In this document: piece after piece, positions 1 to 10,704 of the stretch
Layout: each line of letters begins with the position of its first letter
Position numbering within the stretch: the stretch's first letter is position 1
Assembly (NCBI RefSeq): GCF_000175255.2
Contig: NC_017262.1
Coordinates: 720,001-752,000, forward strand
DNA length: 32,000 bases
Direction of reading: 5' to 3'
Source of the DNA: Zymomonas mobilis subsp. mobilis ATCC 10988
GTDB taxonomy: Bacteria > Pseudomonadota > Alphaproteobacteria > Sphingomonadales > Sphingomonadaceae
Made by a program: the position numbers and the translations under genes
Notes under the pieces: generated by a model
The model's database searches: none
The model's input: only the letters and a program-made list of their open reading frames with translations
What the model was told of the DNA's origin: nothing

Positions 1-146
1 AGACGGGTGAAGCAAGTCAACTCAAAGCACAGAGAATGAAAAACCAAACTTCTCTATTATTCCCATCGCAAAAAGAGACCAGTTCAGCAGAATAACGCCT
101 ATTTACAGGTAAAAAGCCCTTCCAAAGCATTTTTTACCGAGTCTTT

Positions 147-545
147 TTAACCGCAGGTTGAAGGTAATGCGATCGGGCCATTTTTTTTCTGCCACTTCCC
201 ATCGGTCAAAGCATAAAATTGACCATCTTGGACGCGACTGGCCAATGTTTTACATCCGACAGCGACAGCCCATTCTTCGACAGTAACCCCACGTTTAGCG
301 GCTTCTGCGGTATAGGCAGCACGTCTTCTAATATTCAAAGCATCAACAGCTGTTTTGACCGGCGGCGGTGGTGTTTGGGCAAAGCCCATATAGCCATCAA
401 TCTTTTCACCAATCACGCCGTTAGCTATGGCTGATTGTAAAATATCATCACCGCCTTGAGCAAAAGAAGGCACGGCTAAGGATAGCCCCATAACAAGAGC
501 CGCACGGACAATAGCTTTGGGCCATTTCATTTTTACGTTGGTCAT
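147..545 (-). CDS. ydbL: YdbL-like periplasmic protein (DUF1318 family)
   Basis: 132-aa ORF with an N-terminal signal peptide (...LSLAVPSFAQG). The body (GVIGEKIDGYMGF...ALNIRRRAAYTAEAAKRGVTVEE...DGKWQKK) fits the YdbL/DUF1318 pattern as I remember it. Its ATG overlaps the ynbE stop (ATGA at 542-545). It is the third gene of the conserved ydbH-ynbE-ydbL order. The true start could be the internal Met at 530. Confidence 0.75.
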   Translation of the reverse strand: MTNVKMKWPKAIVRAALVMGLSLAVPSFAQGGDDILQSAIANGVIGEKIDGYMGFAQTPPPPVKTAVDALNIRRRAAYTAEAAKRGVTVEEWAVAVGCKTLASRVQDGQFYALTDGKWQKKNGPIALPSTCG

Positions 546-742
546 TGTGGGAATAACTCCGGATTATTTTGAATAAAGTCGCCAGCATCTTTTTGAAGAT
601 GAACGACAACCTCCTGCCGGACATTGACATTAAGATTTATCTCAATCGGTTTGTCAGGTGCCTTAACCGAGATACAGCCCCCTACCATCAGCAAGCTGGC
701 GAAAAGAAGGCTCTTCTCTATTACTCCGGTCTTCTGCCTCAT
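542..742 (-). CDS. ynbE: YnbE-like small outer-membrane lipoprotein
   Basis: 66-aa ORF with a lipobox (LLMVGG|C) followed by a short beta-rich mature part (ISVKAPDKPIEINLNVNV...). It sits between the ydbH-like and ydbL-like genes and is translationally coupled to ydbL. Confidence 0.7.
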   Translation of the reverse strand: MRQKTGVIEKSLLFASLLMVGGCISVKAPDKPIEINLNVNVRQEVVVHLQKDAGDFIQNNPELFPQ

Positions 743-796
743 ATATAATCCTAATAGATGGTTACTAATATAGACTCTTTTTCTTCATTTTTAAGG

Positions 797-3700
797 TTAG
801 AAGGCGCCTTCAGTAGCCAGCTCTGACTGATTAAGAACTGAACGAGGATTGTTATAAGAGCGCATCGCGTTCAGTAATCCACGGAAAGGTGCCTTTACTT
901 GGACATTGAAATGGAAAGGTACTTTTTCAATCTCACGCGCCAAATAAGAACGATCGGCTTTCGTCTCGACTTCTCGAACACCGCCAAATTGAATGGAACT
1001 AACAAAATCGCCGTCAAGGCTACCATTCAAAAGAACATCTAAGCGTTGATAGCGGACCCCCTTCAAAACATCAAAAGCCACCTTACCTAACATTCCCTGA
1101 TGAGCATTAGAGACTGGGCCAACATAACTCACAACCCCACCAGGTTTACGGCTGGCCAGACGGCCGCCTTCGATTTTGCCACTATTGGCGCTAAATTCGA
1201 TCGGTAAAATTCCATCGAAACGACCACTAACAAATATATTTTTTAACTGGAGATTCTCGACCAACGGGGCACTATCCATATCCGATACATGGAAAACAAC
1301 TTTATGGGAGCCTGTATGCCCAAAATCGAGGACAGAACCATCCAATGTCAAATGACCATCAAAGAAAGGCCAATCGCCTTTTTCAACAACGACCACCCTA
1401 TTGGGTAAAAGCTGATACCGTATCTGTCCGCTTTTGATAGCTAAACCAGCATTGATCTCATCGACGGTTGCCAGCTGATTGGGGGGCGTTTTCAAATTCA
1501 AAAGATCAGAAAAAGCGACCTTCCCTTTAAAGCCTGAAACCGTGCCAAAGGCCGCCGCGAAATCGAGACCGTTAGTAACAAACTGTCCCGTGCTAACAAC
1601 GTTCTTTCTCTTCCAGTCAATTCTACCTTGGCCAGATAAACTTCCCTTCACATCCGCAAAAATACCCAAGGTTAAAGGCGTAATTTGTTCTGGTTGCAGG
1701 CTTTTATTAAACGACACATTATTGACGTGGAATAAAACATGACCACGGCTATCACCAAAATGATGCTCAATCCTTGTATCTAAAAGATGGATAGTCCGGA
1801 TGTCCAAAGGACGGTCTATACCCGCTGTAATATGGACACGATCTTTATTGATTTGCATCAACAAGTCTTGCGACCGTACCGGTAAAAAACGAGGCGAGGC
1901 TTGATCTGCATCGGCAATATCTACAGCACCATGCAAAACAATATCGGTATTATCGGTTGCCTTCTCGCCGCCCTTATTCTGCCATTCCCAATGAGCAGCA
2001 CCATTACTAAACAAAAAAGGTGCGAGACTGAAACGTCCTGACATACCAGTCAGGTCACCTTCACCATCCATTCCATCAAGATTAGCGGTTAAGTGGTCAA
2101 TTGACAGCTGGGTATCAGGGTCTCCATCATCCCCCTTTTGATTAAATTGTAATCCACTTAATTCCGCATAATGGCGGGCAAGGAAAAAAGAAGACGTCTT
2201 CACATGAAGATTGAAAGGCTGGTTGTTAATTACCCCTGCAATCGTTGGATTATCAAGACGTGCACCGCCCTCTGTTAAATGACCATTATCGACTCTTAAG
2301 AATGACTTTTCGATAGGACAAAGCGGCAAAACGATTTTTTGAGCGGTTACACCTGACATAACCAATTTTTCAGCCCGCAGGTTAAAACAACTGCGGTTAA
2401 TGGCAATTTTGTCTTTCTCTCCTTCAATATCGACAGGGAAAATTAAAGATTTGACCTGCCCATCCGCTCCGATAGGCCCCGATATATCAGCTTGAGTTTT
2501 CAATAAGAAATGCTGTTTTTCATATAAAAAGCTGACGGGCGCTAAAGCAATCGAAGCCGTATTGTTACGATAAGGCTCAATCTTAGCCTCTCCTTTAACA
2601 CCATAATCCCCTAACTGTGCCAGATGGATTTCAACGTTTGGGAATCCGTCTCCTTTTAAAGAAAAATCACCCCCAAAATGCCATGTTTTCTGCTGTTTTT
2701 CTTGCCACTGAGCGAGGCCAGAAAATTGTATTTTTTGCCCAGATACACCAGTCAAAACTGCTTTTCTTAAGGTCGCAGTCAAATGGCCTTGTTTATTATC
2801 AACAGCGATTTCGGTATCTGCAGAGATATTTCCTGCCAGCGTGGTTAAATTTTGCCGCAACTGTTGGACTAAAGACGATATAGGTGTGTCATCAGGCACA
2901 GTCAGGCTAGAAAAATCTGTTTTCAGCCGTGCATTTGCCAAAGAAAATCGCATATTTGCCGAAAGAGGATCGCCTTTTTTAGGCTCAGAAAAATAGCTAA
3001 ACGGCAAATCGAAAGAGCTGGCAACATGCCAATTTCCGCCAGAAATAAAATCTATCTGCTCTTTACCAGAAAAGTCCATCTGTCCTTTTGCTGTTTGGAA
3101 ATCACCTTTTGCGGTAACTTTCCCATTTACACCCGATAATTGCCACGGCGCATTTCCTGAAGAAGCTATCTCTGGCGTTGATATAGAGGCTTCCCCCTGC
3201 CAGCTATCCAAAGCTTTATTTAAAGAAGCATCAACCGAACCTTTCAGCTTTTCCAGCTTCATCTCGCCATTCTGACAGCGAATCGCTTCAGCCGAAGCCG
3301 GTCCTTGAAAATAAGGTCTCCCATGCGAGACCGATGTTTTCAGAAAGAAATGACCATTCTCTACTTGGCAAGTGTCAGATGCAAAATGAGGAATAGATAC
3401 AGCCAGATTCCCTTGGAACCCATTAGCAAGATTACCACTACCATCAGCAGCCATACCAATAACGCCATATTCGGTTTTTAATTTCAGGCGAGCATCTTTC
3501 AGATCAACATCCAAAGCGGGTAGCCCAGAAGCATTACCACTTGTTGCCATATAACTTTTCAAAGAATCGAGATTACCGAAATCAAAACCTTTTTCATCCA
3601 AGCGTCCATAAATCCGGAGCTTATCAAATTGGACAGAGGAAATGGCAAAACCATGCCATAAAGGCTTGAGATGGATAACGACATGATCCGCCGTAAGATC

Positions 3701-3937
3701 AGGGTGTTCAGGATCACCAATCACAAGACGATCAAGCTGCTGAAGGGTTGGATCAAGACGAGTCAGGCGATAACGTGCCTTGATATGAAGCTGATTTACT
3801 TCACGAGTAATCAACCAGCGCCCAAATATCATACGCTGTGACCAGAGGATAAGAAGAATAGCCACAAAAAGGATGATGGCAAACAGCCAGAAATGCTTTT
3901 TTGTGAGCCGAAACTGGTTCTGCGTTTTATCCGTCAT
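797..3937 (-). CDS. ydbH: AsmA-like intermembrane phospholipid-transport protein, YdbH family
   Basis: 1046-aa ORF with a single N-terminal TM anchor (FWLFAIILFVAILLILW) followed by a long beta-rich periplasmic region. Its size and its position directly upstream of ynbE/ydbL homologues support the YdbH assignment. Confidence 0.75.
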   Translation of the reverse strand: MTDKTQNQFRLTKKHFWLFAIILFVAILLILWSQRMIFGRWLITREVNQLHIKARYRLTRLDPTLQQLDRLVIGDPEHPDLTADHVVIHLKPLWHGFAISSVQFDKLRIYGRLDEKGFDFGNLDSLKSYMATSGNASGLPALDVDLKDARLKLKTEYGVIGMAADGSGNLANGFQGNLAVSIPHFASDTCQVENGHFFLKTSVSHGRPYFQGPASAEAIRCQNGEMKLEKLKGSVDASLNKALDSWQGEASISTPEIASSGNAPWQLSGVNGKVTAKGDFQTAKGQMDFSGKEQIDFISGGNWHVASSFDLPFSYFSEPKKGDPLSANMRFSLANARLKTDFSSLTVPDDTPISSLVQQLRQNLTTLAGNISADTEIAVDNKQGHLTATLRKAVLTGVSGQKIQFSGLAQWQEKQQKTWHFGGDFSLKGDGFPNVEIHLAQLGDYGVKGEAKIEPYRNNTASIALAPVSFLYEKQHFLLKTQADISGPIGADGQVKSLIFPVDIEGEKDKIAINRSCFNLRAEKLVMSGVTAQKIVLPLCPIEKSFLRVDNGHLTEGGARLDNPTIAGVINNQPFNLHVKTSSFFLARHYAELSGLQFNQKGDDGDPDTQLSIDHLTANLDGMDGEGDLTGMSGRFSLAPFLFSNGAAHWEWQNKGGEKATDNTDIVLHGAVDIADADQASPRFLPVRSQDLLMQINKDRVHITAGIDRPLDIRTIHLLDTRIEHHFGDSRGHVLFHVNNVSFNKSLQPEQITPLTLGIFADVKGSLSGQGRIDWKRKNVVSTGQFVTNGLDFAAAFGTVSGFKGKVAFSDLLNLKTPPNQLATVDEINAGLAIKSGQIRYQLLPNRVVVVEKGDWPFFDGHLTLDGSVLDFGHTGSHKVVFHVSDMDSAPLVENLQLKNIFVSGRFDGILPIEFSANSGKIEGGRLASRKPGGVVSYVGPVSNAHQGMLGKVAFDVLKGVRYQRLDVLLNGSLDGDFVSSIQFGGVREVETKADRSYLAREIEKVPFHFNVQVKAPFRGLLNAMRSYNNPRSVLNQSELATEGAF

Positions 3938-4085
3938 CCCTGTTTTTCTTTATTAAAATTGGGTCAATATTTGTAAAATGAAAGTCGCGATTTCGATGCC
4001 ATACAAGAATGCTTTAGAAAAAGCCGCTATCTTTATGTATTGAAAGTTAAACAGTATTACATCCGGCATCAATCCTTTATATCCA

Positions 4086-4775
4086 TTGAGAATGGATAGA
4101 AAAGATATTGGCTATCAAGGTCATCGCGGCCGATTAAGAGATCGCCTGCTCACAGGTGGAGCTGATGCTTTATTGGATCACGAGGTCATAGAGTATCTTT
4201 TAGCGCTAGCTATTCCCAGAAAAGATACAAAACCCTTGGCACGCGCTTTATTAGCAGAATTTGGCGATATAGAAACTTTGCTAACAGCCGACCCCGGTAT
4301 GATTGCCCGTGTCAAAGGCGCAGGACCAACCGTCGTTTCAGCCTTGAAAATTGCTCAAGTCGCAGCATTAAGACTCCTCAAAACCAAAATCAAAAAAGCG
4401 CCCATTTTATCCGGATGGCAAGCACTGATTGACTATCTTCACGCAGATATGGCTTTTCGATTAACCGAGCGCTGCCGGCTACTGCATCTGGACAATCATA
4501 ATCGCCTTATCCGAGACGAAATTCTAAGCGAAGGCTCGGTTGATCAAGCGCCTGTTTATGTGCGTGAAGTTATCCGAAGGGCGATTGAACTCTGTTCGGT
4601 CGGCCTCATTCTGGTCCACAATCATCCCAGTGGGGATGCAAGCCCCAGTGAAGCCGACATTCAATTAACCCGCTCGATCGTCGCCGCGGCACGCCCCTTA
4701 AAAATCTATCTTCATGACCATGTCATTATCAGCAGCAGCGGTGCTTGCAGTCTAAGAGGACTTGGCCTTTTGTAA
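4086..4775 (+). CDS. radC: RadC-like JAB/JAMM domain protein
   Basis: 229-aa ORF with an N-terminal HhH-like region and a C-terminal JAMM motif (LILVHNHPSGDASPSEADIQLT). The ORF-track start is a TTG at 4086; the ATG at 4092 is an equally likely start. Confidence 0.9.
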   Translation: MRMDRKDIGYQGHRGRLRDRLLTGGADALLDHEVIEYLLALAIPRKDTKPLARALLAEFGDIETLLTADPGMIARVKGAGPTVVSALKIAQVAALRLLKTKIKKAPILSGWQALIDYLHADMAFRLTERCRLLHLDNHNRLIRDEILSEGSVDQAPVYVREVIRRAIELCSVGLILVHNHPSGDASPSEADIQLTRSIVAAARPLKIYLHDHVIISSSGACSLRGLGLL

Positions 4776-4914
4776 TCATAAAGCGCCAAACTCTCGTCAG
4801 AAATAGTCGATTGATATTTTTAAAGATTGATAGCCCCTATCGGCTTTGTTAGGTCAAAATGCCATAACCCCCCGCCGGAAAAGACCGGACTATATTGTTT
4901 GAGGAGTCCTAATT

Positions 4915-6210
4915 ATGATCCCCCGTTATTCCCGACCAGAAATGGTAAAAATCTGGGAACCGGAAAGCCGTTTCCGTATTTGGCTCGAAATCGAAGCACA
5001 TGCTACCGATGCATTATCGGAATTAGGCGTTGTTCCAAAAGAAGCCGCAAAAGCTATCTGGGAAAAAGGCAGCTTTGAAGTCGAACGCATCGACGAAATC
5101 GAAGCCGAAGTTCGCCATGACGTGATTGCCTTTCTGACAAATGTGGCCGAACATGTCGGCGATCCCGCTCGCTTCATGCATCAAGGCATGACCTCTTCCG
5201 ATGTTCTCGATACCTGTCTTTCTGTGCAATTAAGCCGCGCCGCGCTTATTCTTTTAGACGATATTGATAAACTTCTGGCTGTTCTGAAGCGCCGTGCCTT
5301 CGAATATAAAATGACGCCAACAATTGGTCGTAGTCATGGTATCCATGCGGAACCGACCACCTTTGGTTTAAAAATGGCGGAAGCCTATGCCGAATTCAAA
5401 CGGAATCGTGACCGTTTAGAAGCCGCACGCAAGGATATCGCCACTTGTGCTATTTCAGGTGCCGTTGGTACTTTTGCCAATATCGATCCTCGCGTTGAAG
5501 CCCATGTCGCAAAAGAAATGGGCTTGAATGTTGAGCCTGTCTCCACGCAGGTTATTCCACGTGATCGCCATGCAATGTTCTTTGCTACTTTGGGCGTTAT
5601 CGCCTCTTCAATTGAAAGAATAGCTATCGAAGTCCGCCATCTGCAACGGACAGAAGTTCTGGAAGCTGAAGAATATTTTGCCCCAGGGCAAAAAGGTTCT
5701 TCCGCCATGCCGCATAAACGGAATCCGGTATTGACCGAAAATTTAACCGGTCTTTCTCGTCTGGTTCGTGGCTATGTCACTCCAGCCTTAGAAGATGTTG
5801 CCTTGTGGCATGAACGCGATATCTCGCATTCATCGGTTGAGCGTATGATTGGCCCCGATGCTACTGTTACATTGGACTTTGCTTTGGCACGCTTAACCAA
5901 TGTTATGGATAAATTATTGGTTTATCCTGAACGGATGCAGCGAAATCTCGATCGGATGGGCGGACTCATTCATTCACAGCGTGTTTTGCTAGCCCTTACC
6001 CAAGCCGGCATTAGCCGCGAAGTAGCATATCGTCTGGTTCAGCGTAACGCTATGAAAGTCTGGGAATCGGATGGCACTATCTCATTGCTTGAACTGCTGA
6101 AGGCAGATCCAGAGGTTACGTTAAGCGATGAAAAGCTAGAAGCTCTGTTTGATCTTGGTTACCACCTCAAACATGTCGACACCATTTTTGAGCGGGTTTT
6201 TAAAGACTAA
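4915..6210 (+). CDS. purB: adenylosuccinate lyase
   Basis: 431-aa ORF with the typical short-form PurB N-terminus (MIPRYSRPEM..IW) and the fumarate-lyase signature GSSAMPHKRNP. A GAGGAG Shine-Dalgarno lies 8 nt upstream. Confidence 0.95.
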   Translation: MIPRYSRPEMVKIWEPESRFRIWLEIEAHATDALSELGVVPKEAAKAIWEKGSFEVERIDEIEAEVRHDVIAFLTNVAEHVGDPARFMHQGMTSSDVLDTCLSVQLSRAALILLDDIDKLLAVLKRRAFEYKMTPTIGRSHGIHAEPTTFGLKMAEAYAEFKRNRDRLEAARKDIATCAISGAVGTFANIDPRVEAHVAKEMGLNVEPVSTQVIPRDRHAMFFATLGVIASSIERIAIEVRHLQRTEVLEAEEYFAPGQKGSSAMPHKRNPVLTENLTGLSRLVRGYVTPALEDVALWHERDISHSSVERMIGPDATVTLDFALARLTNVMDKLLVYPERMQRNLDRMGGLIHSQRVLLALTQAGISREVAYRLVQRNAMKVWESDGTISLLELLKADPEVTLSDEKLEALFDLGYHLKHVDTIFERVFKD

Positions 6211-6228
6211 AACTGGCTAGATACCAAG

Positions 6229-6261
6229 AAAAAAGGCTGTCTAAAAGACAGCCTTTTTTTT
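6229..6261. terminator. bidirectional Rho-independent terminator between purB (+) and dnaJ (-)
   Basis: An 8-bp stem AGGCTGTC/GACAGCCT (6234-6241 and 6247-6254) is preceded by an A6 run and followed by a T8 run, so a U-tract follows the hairpin on either strand. Confidence 0.75.
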
Positions 6262-6320
6262 GTTCTTGCCGGAAATAGCTTTCTAAGAAAGCTTTCCAAA
6301 AGACGATATTTCTTAAGGCA

Positions 6321-7448
6321 TTATTCGCCTGTTAAAATTGTTTTCAACTTGGAAAAGAAGCCGGATGATTTCGGGCATTCTTCTCCGGTTTCAGTCTCAC
6401 GGAATTGTTCTAATAATTCGCGTTGCTTTGCCGTCAGACGGGTCGGCGTTTCGACGTCGATCTGAATAATCAAATCACCACGGCCACGGCCATTTAAGAC
6501 TGGCATACCTGCACCGCGCCGTTTCAGTTGTTTACCAGACTGAATACCCGCAGGGATAGAAATCTCATATTGCTCGCCATCGAGGCTTGGAACATGAATG
6601 CTTCCACCCAAGGCCGCCTTGGTAAAAGAAATCGGCACATGGGCAAACAGGTTGTAACTTTCGCGTTGGAAAACCTGATGCGGCGTTACGTGAATGAAAA
6701 TGTACAGATCGCCCGCTGGGCCGCCATGTACACCAGCCTCGCCTTCACCCGATAAGCGGATGCGCGTGCCATCATCAACACCTGCCGGAATATTGACGGA
6801 AAGGGTCTTATGCTTTTCACAGCGCCCTTCCCCATGACATTCGGGGCATGGATCACTGATAACTTCGCCTTTGCCCTGACAAACCGGACAGCTCTGCTCA
6901 ACAACAAAGAAACCTTGCTGCACTCGAATCCGGCCTGAGCCATGACAAGTGTCGCAGGTTTTACGTCCAGAACCTGCCTTAGCACCAGATCCATGACAAG
7001 CATCACAGACAGAGGCAACATCAATTTCGATATCGACTGTCTTGCCCTTAAAGGCTTCTTCTAAACTGATCTTAAGGTCATAGCGCAGATCGGCACCGCG
7101 CTGAACAGAAGAGCGCGCCTGACCGCGGCCTCCCATAAACTCGCCAAAAACGGATTCAAAGATATCGGAAAAACCGCCGAAATCTTGAGCACCGCCGCCA
7201 AAGCCACCAAAACCGCCACCGCCTTGAAAGGCATCTTTGCCATAACGGTCATAGGCCGCTCTTTTTTGGGGATCTTTCAAGCAATCATAGGCTTCGGAAA
7301 TCGCCTTAAAGCGTTCTTCTGCGTCACTATCACCCGGATTTCTATCGGGATGATAGCGCATCGCCAAACGACGATAAGAGGTTTTAATGGTTTTATCGTC
7401 GGCAGTGCGCTCGACTTCTAACAAACTATAATAATCTAACTCAGACAC
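6321..7448 (-). CDS. dnaJ: molecular chaperone DnaJ
   Basis: 375 aa with a J domain (HPD motif: YHPDRNPGD), a G/F-rich linker and four CxxCxGxG zinc-finger repeats. GTG start with a GGGGGAG Shine-Dalgarno. Confidence 0.97.
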   Translation of the reverse strand: MSELDYYSLLEVERTADDKTIKTSYRRLAMRYHPDRNPGDSDAEERFKAISEAYDCLKDPQKRAAYDRYGKDAFQGGGGFGGFGGGAQDFGGFSDIFESVFGEFMGGRGQARSSVQRGADLRYDLKISLEEAFKGKTVDIEIDVASVCDACHGSGAKAGSGRKTCDTCHGSGRIRVQQGFFVVEQSCPVCQGKGEVISDPCPECHGEGRCEKHKTLSVNIPAGVDDGTRIRLSGEGEAGVHGGPAGDLYIFIHVTPHQVFQRESYNLFAHVPISFTKAALGGSIHVPSLDGEQYEISIPAGIQSGKQLKRRGAGMPVLNGRGRGDLIIQIDVETPTRLTAKQRELLEQFRETETGEECPKSSGFFSKLKTILTGE

Positions 7449-7472
7449 AAGGCTCCCCCACTTTCACAACCT

Positions 7473-7516
7473 TACCACCACCGATCACAGCTTACGCTTC
7501 AAAACCGATGGTGGTA
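7473..7516 (-). other. intercistronic hairpin between dnaK and dnaJ
   Basis: TACCACCA (7473-7480) pairs with TGGTGGTA (7509-7516), plus 2 more bp after a mismatch. There is no U-tract. It could be an mRNA processing or stability element, or a partial attenuator. Confidence 0.3.
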
Positions 7517-7567
7517 TTGTCGTGACAAGCCCTTATTTAGGCTGATCTTCGGGTCGCAATAACCAGA

Positions 7568-9475
7568 TTATTTCTTATCTTGGTCATCTATTTCCTGAAA
7601 TTCGGCATCAACAACATTGTCACCTTCGGCTTTTTCCGTTTCAGGTGTATCATGCCGTTCATTATTTGCCTGATCCTGCTCATAAAGAGCCTGACCTAAT
7701 TTCATAGCAACCTGGCCTAAAGCCTGGGTTTTTTCGTTAATCTGGGCAACGTCTTCGCCTTCCAAAGCCGTCTTTACTGCAGCAACAGCAGCTTCGACTT
7801 CGGTTTTCAGAGCGGCATCAACCTTGTCACCCAATTCCGTTAACTGGCGTTCGGTCGTATGAACGAGGCTGTCACCATTATTTTTGGCTTCTGCCAGTTC
7901 ACGACGATGCTTGTCATCTGCAGCAAATTTTTCTGCATCTTTGACCATCTTATCGATGTCGCCTTCAGATAAGCCACCCGATGCCTGAATACGGATCTGC
8001 TGTTCTTTACCGGTGCCTTTGTCCTTAGCAGACACATTAACGATACCGTTAGCGTCAATATCGAAGGTTACTTCGATCTGCGGAACACCACGCGGCGCAG
8101 GCGGAATACCAACAAGGTCAAACTGACCTAACAGCTTGTTGTCGGCTGCCATTTCACGTTCGCCTTGGAAAACGCGAATAGTCACAGCATTCTGGTTATC
8201 TTCAGCCGTTGAATAGACCTGCGACTTCTTCGTTGGAATCGTCGTGTTACGGTCAATCATACGGGTGAACACACCACCCAAGGTTTCAATACCAAGGGAG
8301 AGCGGCGTCACGTCAAGCAACAGAACGTCTTTAACATCGCCCTGAAGCACGCCTGCCTGAATGGCCGCACCCATGGCAACGACTTCATCCGGGTTCACGC
8401 CGGTATGCGGCTCTTTGCCAAAGAATTCTTTAACAACCTGACGAACCTTCGGCATACGGGTCATACCACCGACCATGACGACATCGTCAATGTCAGAGGC
8501 TTTAACACCTGCATCAGCCAAAGCTTTTTTCACGGGTTCCAAAGTGCGATCAATCAGATCAGCAACCAAGCGTTCCAGTTCGGCGCGAGAAATGGTTTTG
8601 ACCAAATGCTTCGGGCCCGTGGCATCTGCGGTAATAAAGGGCAGATTGACTTCGGTCGTCTGAGCAGAAGACAATTCGATCTTGGCTTTTTCAGCAGCTT
8701 CTTTCAAACGCTGAAGAGCCAGGCGATCTTTAGTCAGATCAATGCCTTCGGCTTTTTTGAATTCTTCAGCAAGATAGCTAACGATTTTGGTGTCGAAATC
8801 TTCACCACCGAGGAAGGTGTCACCATTGGTGGCCTTCACTTCAAAAACGCCATCGCCGATTTCCAGAATGGAGATATCAAAGGTACCACCACCCAAGTCA
8901 TAAACAGCAATCGTCTTACCATCATTCTTGTCGAGACCATAAGCCAAAGCAGCGGCTGTCGGTTCGTTGATGATACGGAGTACTTCAAGACCAGCGATCT
9001 TACCGGCATCTTTGGTTGCCTGACGCTGAGCATCGTTGAAGTAAGCCGGAACCGTAATAACCGCCTGATCAACGGTTTCACCGAGATAAGATTCTGCGGT
9101 TTCTTTCATTTTCTGAAGGATGAAAGCCGAAATCTGGGAAGGTGAATAATCCTGACCACCCGCTTTAACCCAAGCATCACCATTGCTACCGCGAACAATA
9201 TGATAAGGGACTAATTCGGTATCACGCTTGGTTACCGGATCATCAAAACGGCGACCGATCAAACGTTTAACAGCGAAAATCGTGTTTTCAGAATTAGTAA
9301 CAGCCTGACGTTTTGCGGGCTGACCGATCAAACGCTCACTGTCTTTGGTGAAAGCAACAATAGACGGCGTCGTGCGGGCACCTTCTGCGTTTTCAATAAC
9401 CTTAGGCTGACCACCTTCCATAACAGCAACGCAGCTGTTGGTCGTACCTAAGTCAATACCTATAACTTTACCCAT
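7568..9475 (-). CDS. dnaK: molecular chaperone DnaK (Hsp70)
   Basis: 635 aa with canonical Hsp70 signatures ([25 protein letters not shown]). A GGAAGGAAGG Shine-Dalgarno lies upstream. Confidence 0.98.
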   Translation of the reverse strand: MGKVIGIDLGTTNSCVAVMEGGQPKVIENAEGARTTPSIVAFTKDSERLIGQPAKRQAVTNSENTIFAVKRLIGRRFDDPVTKRDTELVPYHIVRGSNGDAWVKAGGQDYSPSQISAFILQKMKETAESYLGETVDQAVITVPAYFNDAQRQATKDAGKIAGLEVLRIINEPTAAALAYGLDKNDGKTIAVYDLGGGTFDISILEIGDGVFEVKATNGDTFLGGEDFDTKIVSYLAEEFKKAEGIDLTKDRLALQRLKEAAEKAKIELSSAQTTEVNLPFITADATGPKHLVKTISRAELERLVADLIDRTLEPVKKALADAGVKASDIDDVVMVGGMTRMPKVRQVVKEFFGKEPHTGVNPDEVVAMGAAIQAGVLQGDVKDVLLLDVTPLSLGIETLGGVFTRMIDRNTTIPTKKSQVYSTAEDNQNAVTIRVFQGEREMAADNKLLGQFDLVGIPPAPRGVPQIEVTFDIDANGIVNVSAKDKGTGKEQQIRIQASGGLSEGDIDKMVKDAEKFAADDKHRRELAEAKNNGDSLVHTTERQLTELGDKVDAALKTEVEAAVAAVKTALEGEDVAQINEKTQALGQVAMKLGQALYEQDQANNERHDTPETEKAEGDNVVDAEFQEIDDQDKK

Positions 9476-9558
9476 GTCCTACCTTCCTTCCCCAGGAATG
9501 ACAAAATTTACTCTTCTAAAAATAAAAGCTTGCCCTTGGAACAAGTCTACATTGGGCG

Positions 9559-9586
9559 ATATAAGAACGCTTTTTACAAGCGCAAG
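9559..9586 (-). promoter_or_regulatory. candidate RpoH (sigma-32)-type heat-shock promoter of dnaK
   Basis: The minus strand reads CTTG-N17-CTTATAT. This fits the alphaproteobacterial sigma-32 consensus CTTG-N17/18-CYTATNT as I remember it, about 85 nt upstream of the dnaK ATG. The spacer contains a small inverted repeat, CGCTTgtaaaAAGCG. Confidence 0.4.
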
Positions 9587-9706
9587 CCACTCACCCAAGA
9601 CAGCTTCTTATTATTTTGATTTTTAAGGCTATTTTATCGCCTCAAGCAGCGTATATTGGTTTTTCAGATCCTAATATTCAATAAAAATAATCGAATTCTA
9701 TTCTAG

Positions 9707-10387
9707 TCAGCTATGTTTCCAGTCGAGACAAGGCCAACCTTCTCTTTTGGCCAAGATTTCAAGACGGCGGCAAGGATTGATCGCAAAGGGTAAATCCACC
9801 CAACGGAATACCGGCGCATCGGAAACATGGTCGCTATAAAAACGGATATGGCAATCGGTGAGTTTTAAATCGACCGATGTCATCCATGCCAAAATCATTC
9901 GCAATTTTGCAGGGCCATAATTATTTTCTCCCTCAATACGGGCAATCAAATGACCATCATGACGAATACTGCTATTGGTCGCAATAACATCATCAAAACC
10001 CAATTTTCTGGCAATCAAACCCGCATAAAGGCGATAAGATGCCGTGGCCATAACCAACCGTCTTCCAGCTTGGTGATCGGCTTTTATAGCCGCAACAGCT
10101 CCGGGACGGATATTATCACGGATCGTTTTCTCAGCGAAACTCTCGGCCAAAGGCATGATATCATTGGGATCAACATGTATCCCTAAAAGCAAAGCATGGG
10201 ATATCTCTTTCAAACGCCCCCGTGAAATCAGACGCATGATATAGGAAAGCATTGCCAAGGCGACCAAGGGAAGAAAGAGCAAACGCCACCTTTGCCGACG
10301 ACAAGCCACATAAATTAAAAAGGGTGTCCATGTCGGCCGATAAGTAATCGTGCGATCCATATCATAAATAGCAAGTTCTATCGTCAT
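9707..10387 (-). CDS. HAD-IB family hydrolase/phosphatase
   Basis: HAD motif I (AIYDMDRTIT) sits right at the N-terminus, and the protein is SerB/HAD-IB-like in length. I prefer the ATG at 10387 (GGGAG Shine-Dalgarno 6 nt upstream) over the TTG at 10420 used by the ORF track. Confidence 0.75.
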   Translation of the reverse strand: MTIELAIYDMDRTITYRPTWTPFLIYVACRRQRWRLLFLPLVALAMLSYIMRLISRGRLKEISHALLLGIHVDPNDIMPLAESFAEKTIRDNIRPGAVAAIKADHQAGRRLVMATASYRLYAGLIARKLGFDDVIATNSSIRHDGHLIARIEGENNYGPAKLRMILAWMTSVDLKLTDCHIRFYSDHVSDAPVFRWVDLPFAINPCRRLEILAKREGWPCLDWKHS

Positions 10388-10704
10388 AGCTCCCTTGGGG
10401 TAGGTAATGGGGTATCTCAAACTAAAACAAGATAATTACATAAAAATATACGATCTATTTTTTACAAATACCTTACCCTAACTGAGAATATCCGGCCTTA
10501 GATGGTATATCCGATTTAGGTTTCAAAATTTTTTCATTTTCTACGAAAAAACATTCTGTCTTCGCCGCAGTATCGTAGAACAGCATTTGCCATTTTTATC
10601 AGGAATGATCTAGATCTATATCTCTAGAAATTCCTGTTTCTGTCGATAAATCGCCGTTTTTTTATTTATCGGCCTTCATTCACAAATAAAAAGGATTGGA
10701 CGAA

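Noticed and set aside
1-146. A possible 3' end of an upstream plus-strand gene (frame open to the TAA at 93-95), followed by a weak AT-rich hairpin (GGTAAAAAGC...GCATTTTTTACC, about 108-142).
   Set aside because: Only 31 codons are visible, with no recognisable motif. The hairpin stem is AT-rich and bulged. This is not enough to call either feature.
8405-9145. A 246-aa ORF, plus several shorter ones, antisense to dnaK.
   Set aside because: Long antisense ORFs in hsp70 genes are a well-known codon-bias artefact. The translation is low-complexity with no recognisable domain, no Shine-Dalgarno, and it lies fully inside a highly conserved gene.
10625-10672. Small palindromes in the HAD/M20 divergent region: GATCTAGATC, and CGATAAAT-N12-ATTTATCG.
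   Set aside because: They are short, AT-rich and unremarkable statistically. They may be regulator sites, but nothing ties them to a known motif.
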